Assembly: GCF_028641065.1 (NCBI RefSeq)
Contig: NW_026576151.1
Location: 62,001 to 126,000, forward strand
Direction of reading: 5' to 3'
DNA from: Leucoraja erinacea
Lineage: Eukaryota
DNA length: 64,000 nucleotides
In this document: piece by piece, positions 62,820 through 64,000 of the stretch
How positions within the stretch are numbered: position 1 is the first letter of the stretch
Layout: every line of letters starts with the position of its first letter
Made by a program: the position numbers and the translations under genes
The notes under the pieces: generated by a model
Told to the model about the DNA's origin: nothing
Database searches by the model: none
What the model saw: the letters and a program-made list of their open reading frames with translations, nothing else

Positions 62820-63152
62820 GATTTGGTTTTGTGTAGTTTAGAGACACAGCGTGGAAACAGGCTCTTCGGCCCATTGAGTCCGCACCGTCCATCGATCCCT
62901 GCACACTAACACTATCCTGCACACCCACTAGGGACAGTTTACAATTTACACTTATACCAAGCAAATTAACCTGCAAATCTGTATGTCTTTGGAGTGTGGG
63001 GGGAAACTGAAGATCTCAATGAAAACCAATGCTGGTCACGGGGAGAACCTACAAACTCAGTACAGTCGACACTCATATTCGGCATTGAACCCGAGTCTCG
63101 GGCGATATAAGCGCTATAAGGCAGTAGCTCTACCGCTGCGCCACCGTGCCAC
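62820..63152 (-). mobile_element. tRNA-derived SINE (HE1/V-SINE-like)
   Basis: Reverse-complement match to 25922-26268. Confidence 0.8.
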
Positions 63153-63239
63153 ACCTGATTGTGGATTGTGTGCGTGTAAAATGATTTCTGACGCATGATC
63201 GCTTGAACTAAAGTGGGTGAATAGAGGTCTTCGACACCA

Positions 63240-63820
63240 GCAAGGCCTTGGATAAAGTTCCACATTGTAGGTTGCTCAGCAAGGTTAGATCGCATTGTAT
63301 CCGGGAGAGCTAGCAAACTGGGTAGAGGATAGTCTTGGTGGGGAGAACAGTGGGTGGTCACACAGGGGCAGCTATCGGACTGGAGGCCTGTGACGAGTGG
63401 TGTGCCTCAGGAATTGATGCTGGGGCCATTGCTGTTTGCGGTTTATATCAATGATTTGGAAGAGAATGTACAAGGCATGATTACTGAGTGTGCAGATGAA
63501 GCTAAAGGAGGTGGTATCATCGAGAGAGCAGATGGTTATCAGGAAATTACAGCACTATCCTGAGCTGCTGGGCAAATGGGCTGAGGAATGGCTGGTGGAG
63601 TTTAATGCAGATAAGTCAAAGGTGTTGCATTTTGGGAAGTCTAACATGGGCAGGTCCGACAGTGAATGGTAGAGCCCTGGGGAGTGTTGTAGAGCAGAGG
63701 GATCTTGGAGTACACCTACATAGTTCCTTGAAAGTGGCATCACAGGTAGATAGGGTGATAAAGACAGTTTTTGGTACTCATTAGTCGATACTGAATATGG
63801 AAGTTGAGATAATATGTTAC
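63240..63820 (+). mobile_element. Degenerate CR1 RT fragment
   Basis: SDWRPVTSGVPQELMLGPLLFAVYINDL...WAEEWLVEFNADKSKVLHFG. Confidence 0.75.
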
Positions 63821-64000
63821 AGTTCGTTTTTGTGTGTCTTTTGTTTTAAATCCCAAAGAGGATATGGGCCCTAGGGTTAATTTCATCTTTAATGCTTATC
63901 TCTATCATATCACAGGGCAGCACAGTGGTACAGTTACTGCCTTACAGATCAGAGACTCAGGTTCGATCCTGACCACGGATGCTGTCTAAACGGAGTTTGC

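Overview
Vertebrate genomic DNA, almost certainly from a cartilaginous fish (skate/ray/shark), judged from the shark gamma-S1-type crystallins and the CR1/HER1-like LINE plus HE1-like SINE repertoire. The only host genes are four tandem gamma-crystallin genes, all on the minus strand. Each has the classic three-exon plan: a 9-nt exon 1 (MGK), a 243-nt exon 2 and a 276-nt exon 3. Three are complete 175-aa genes (13788-16455, 34567-35929, 59416-61356). The fourth is more divergent and has only exons 1-2 in the window (5726-6068). Nearly everything else is transposable elements: many CR1-type LINE 3' fragments, tRNA-derived SINEs, Penelope-like elements (RT + GIY-YIG) with short derivatives carrying minimal hammerhead-ribozyme motifs, a full-length degenerate L1, Rex1/Babar-type fragments, Helitron-like elements, and non-autonomous hAT-, P- and Harbinger-like DNA transposons. 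Main oddities: (1) a UFSP2-like host-gene fragment inside the L1 inter-ORF spacer; (2) GC splice donors in 3 of the 7 crystallin introns, including both introns of one gene; (3) mosaic, homogenised crystallin exons; (4) a hammerhead-bearing short repeat family that often forms foldback palindromes; (5) a Spindlin/Tudor-like exon inside a DNA transposon; (6) a GC-rich retroposon family with a covarying hairpin and interchangeable tails. All family assignments come from motif recognition and recalled sequences, not database searches.
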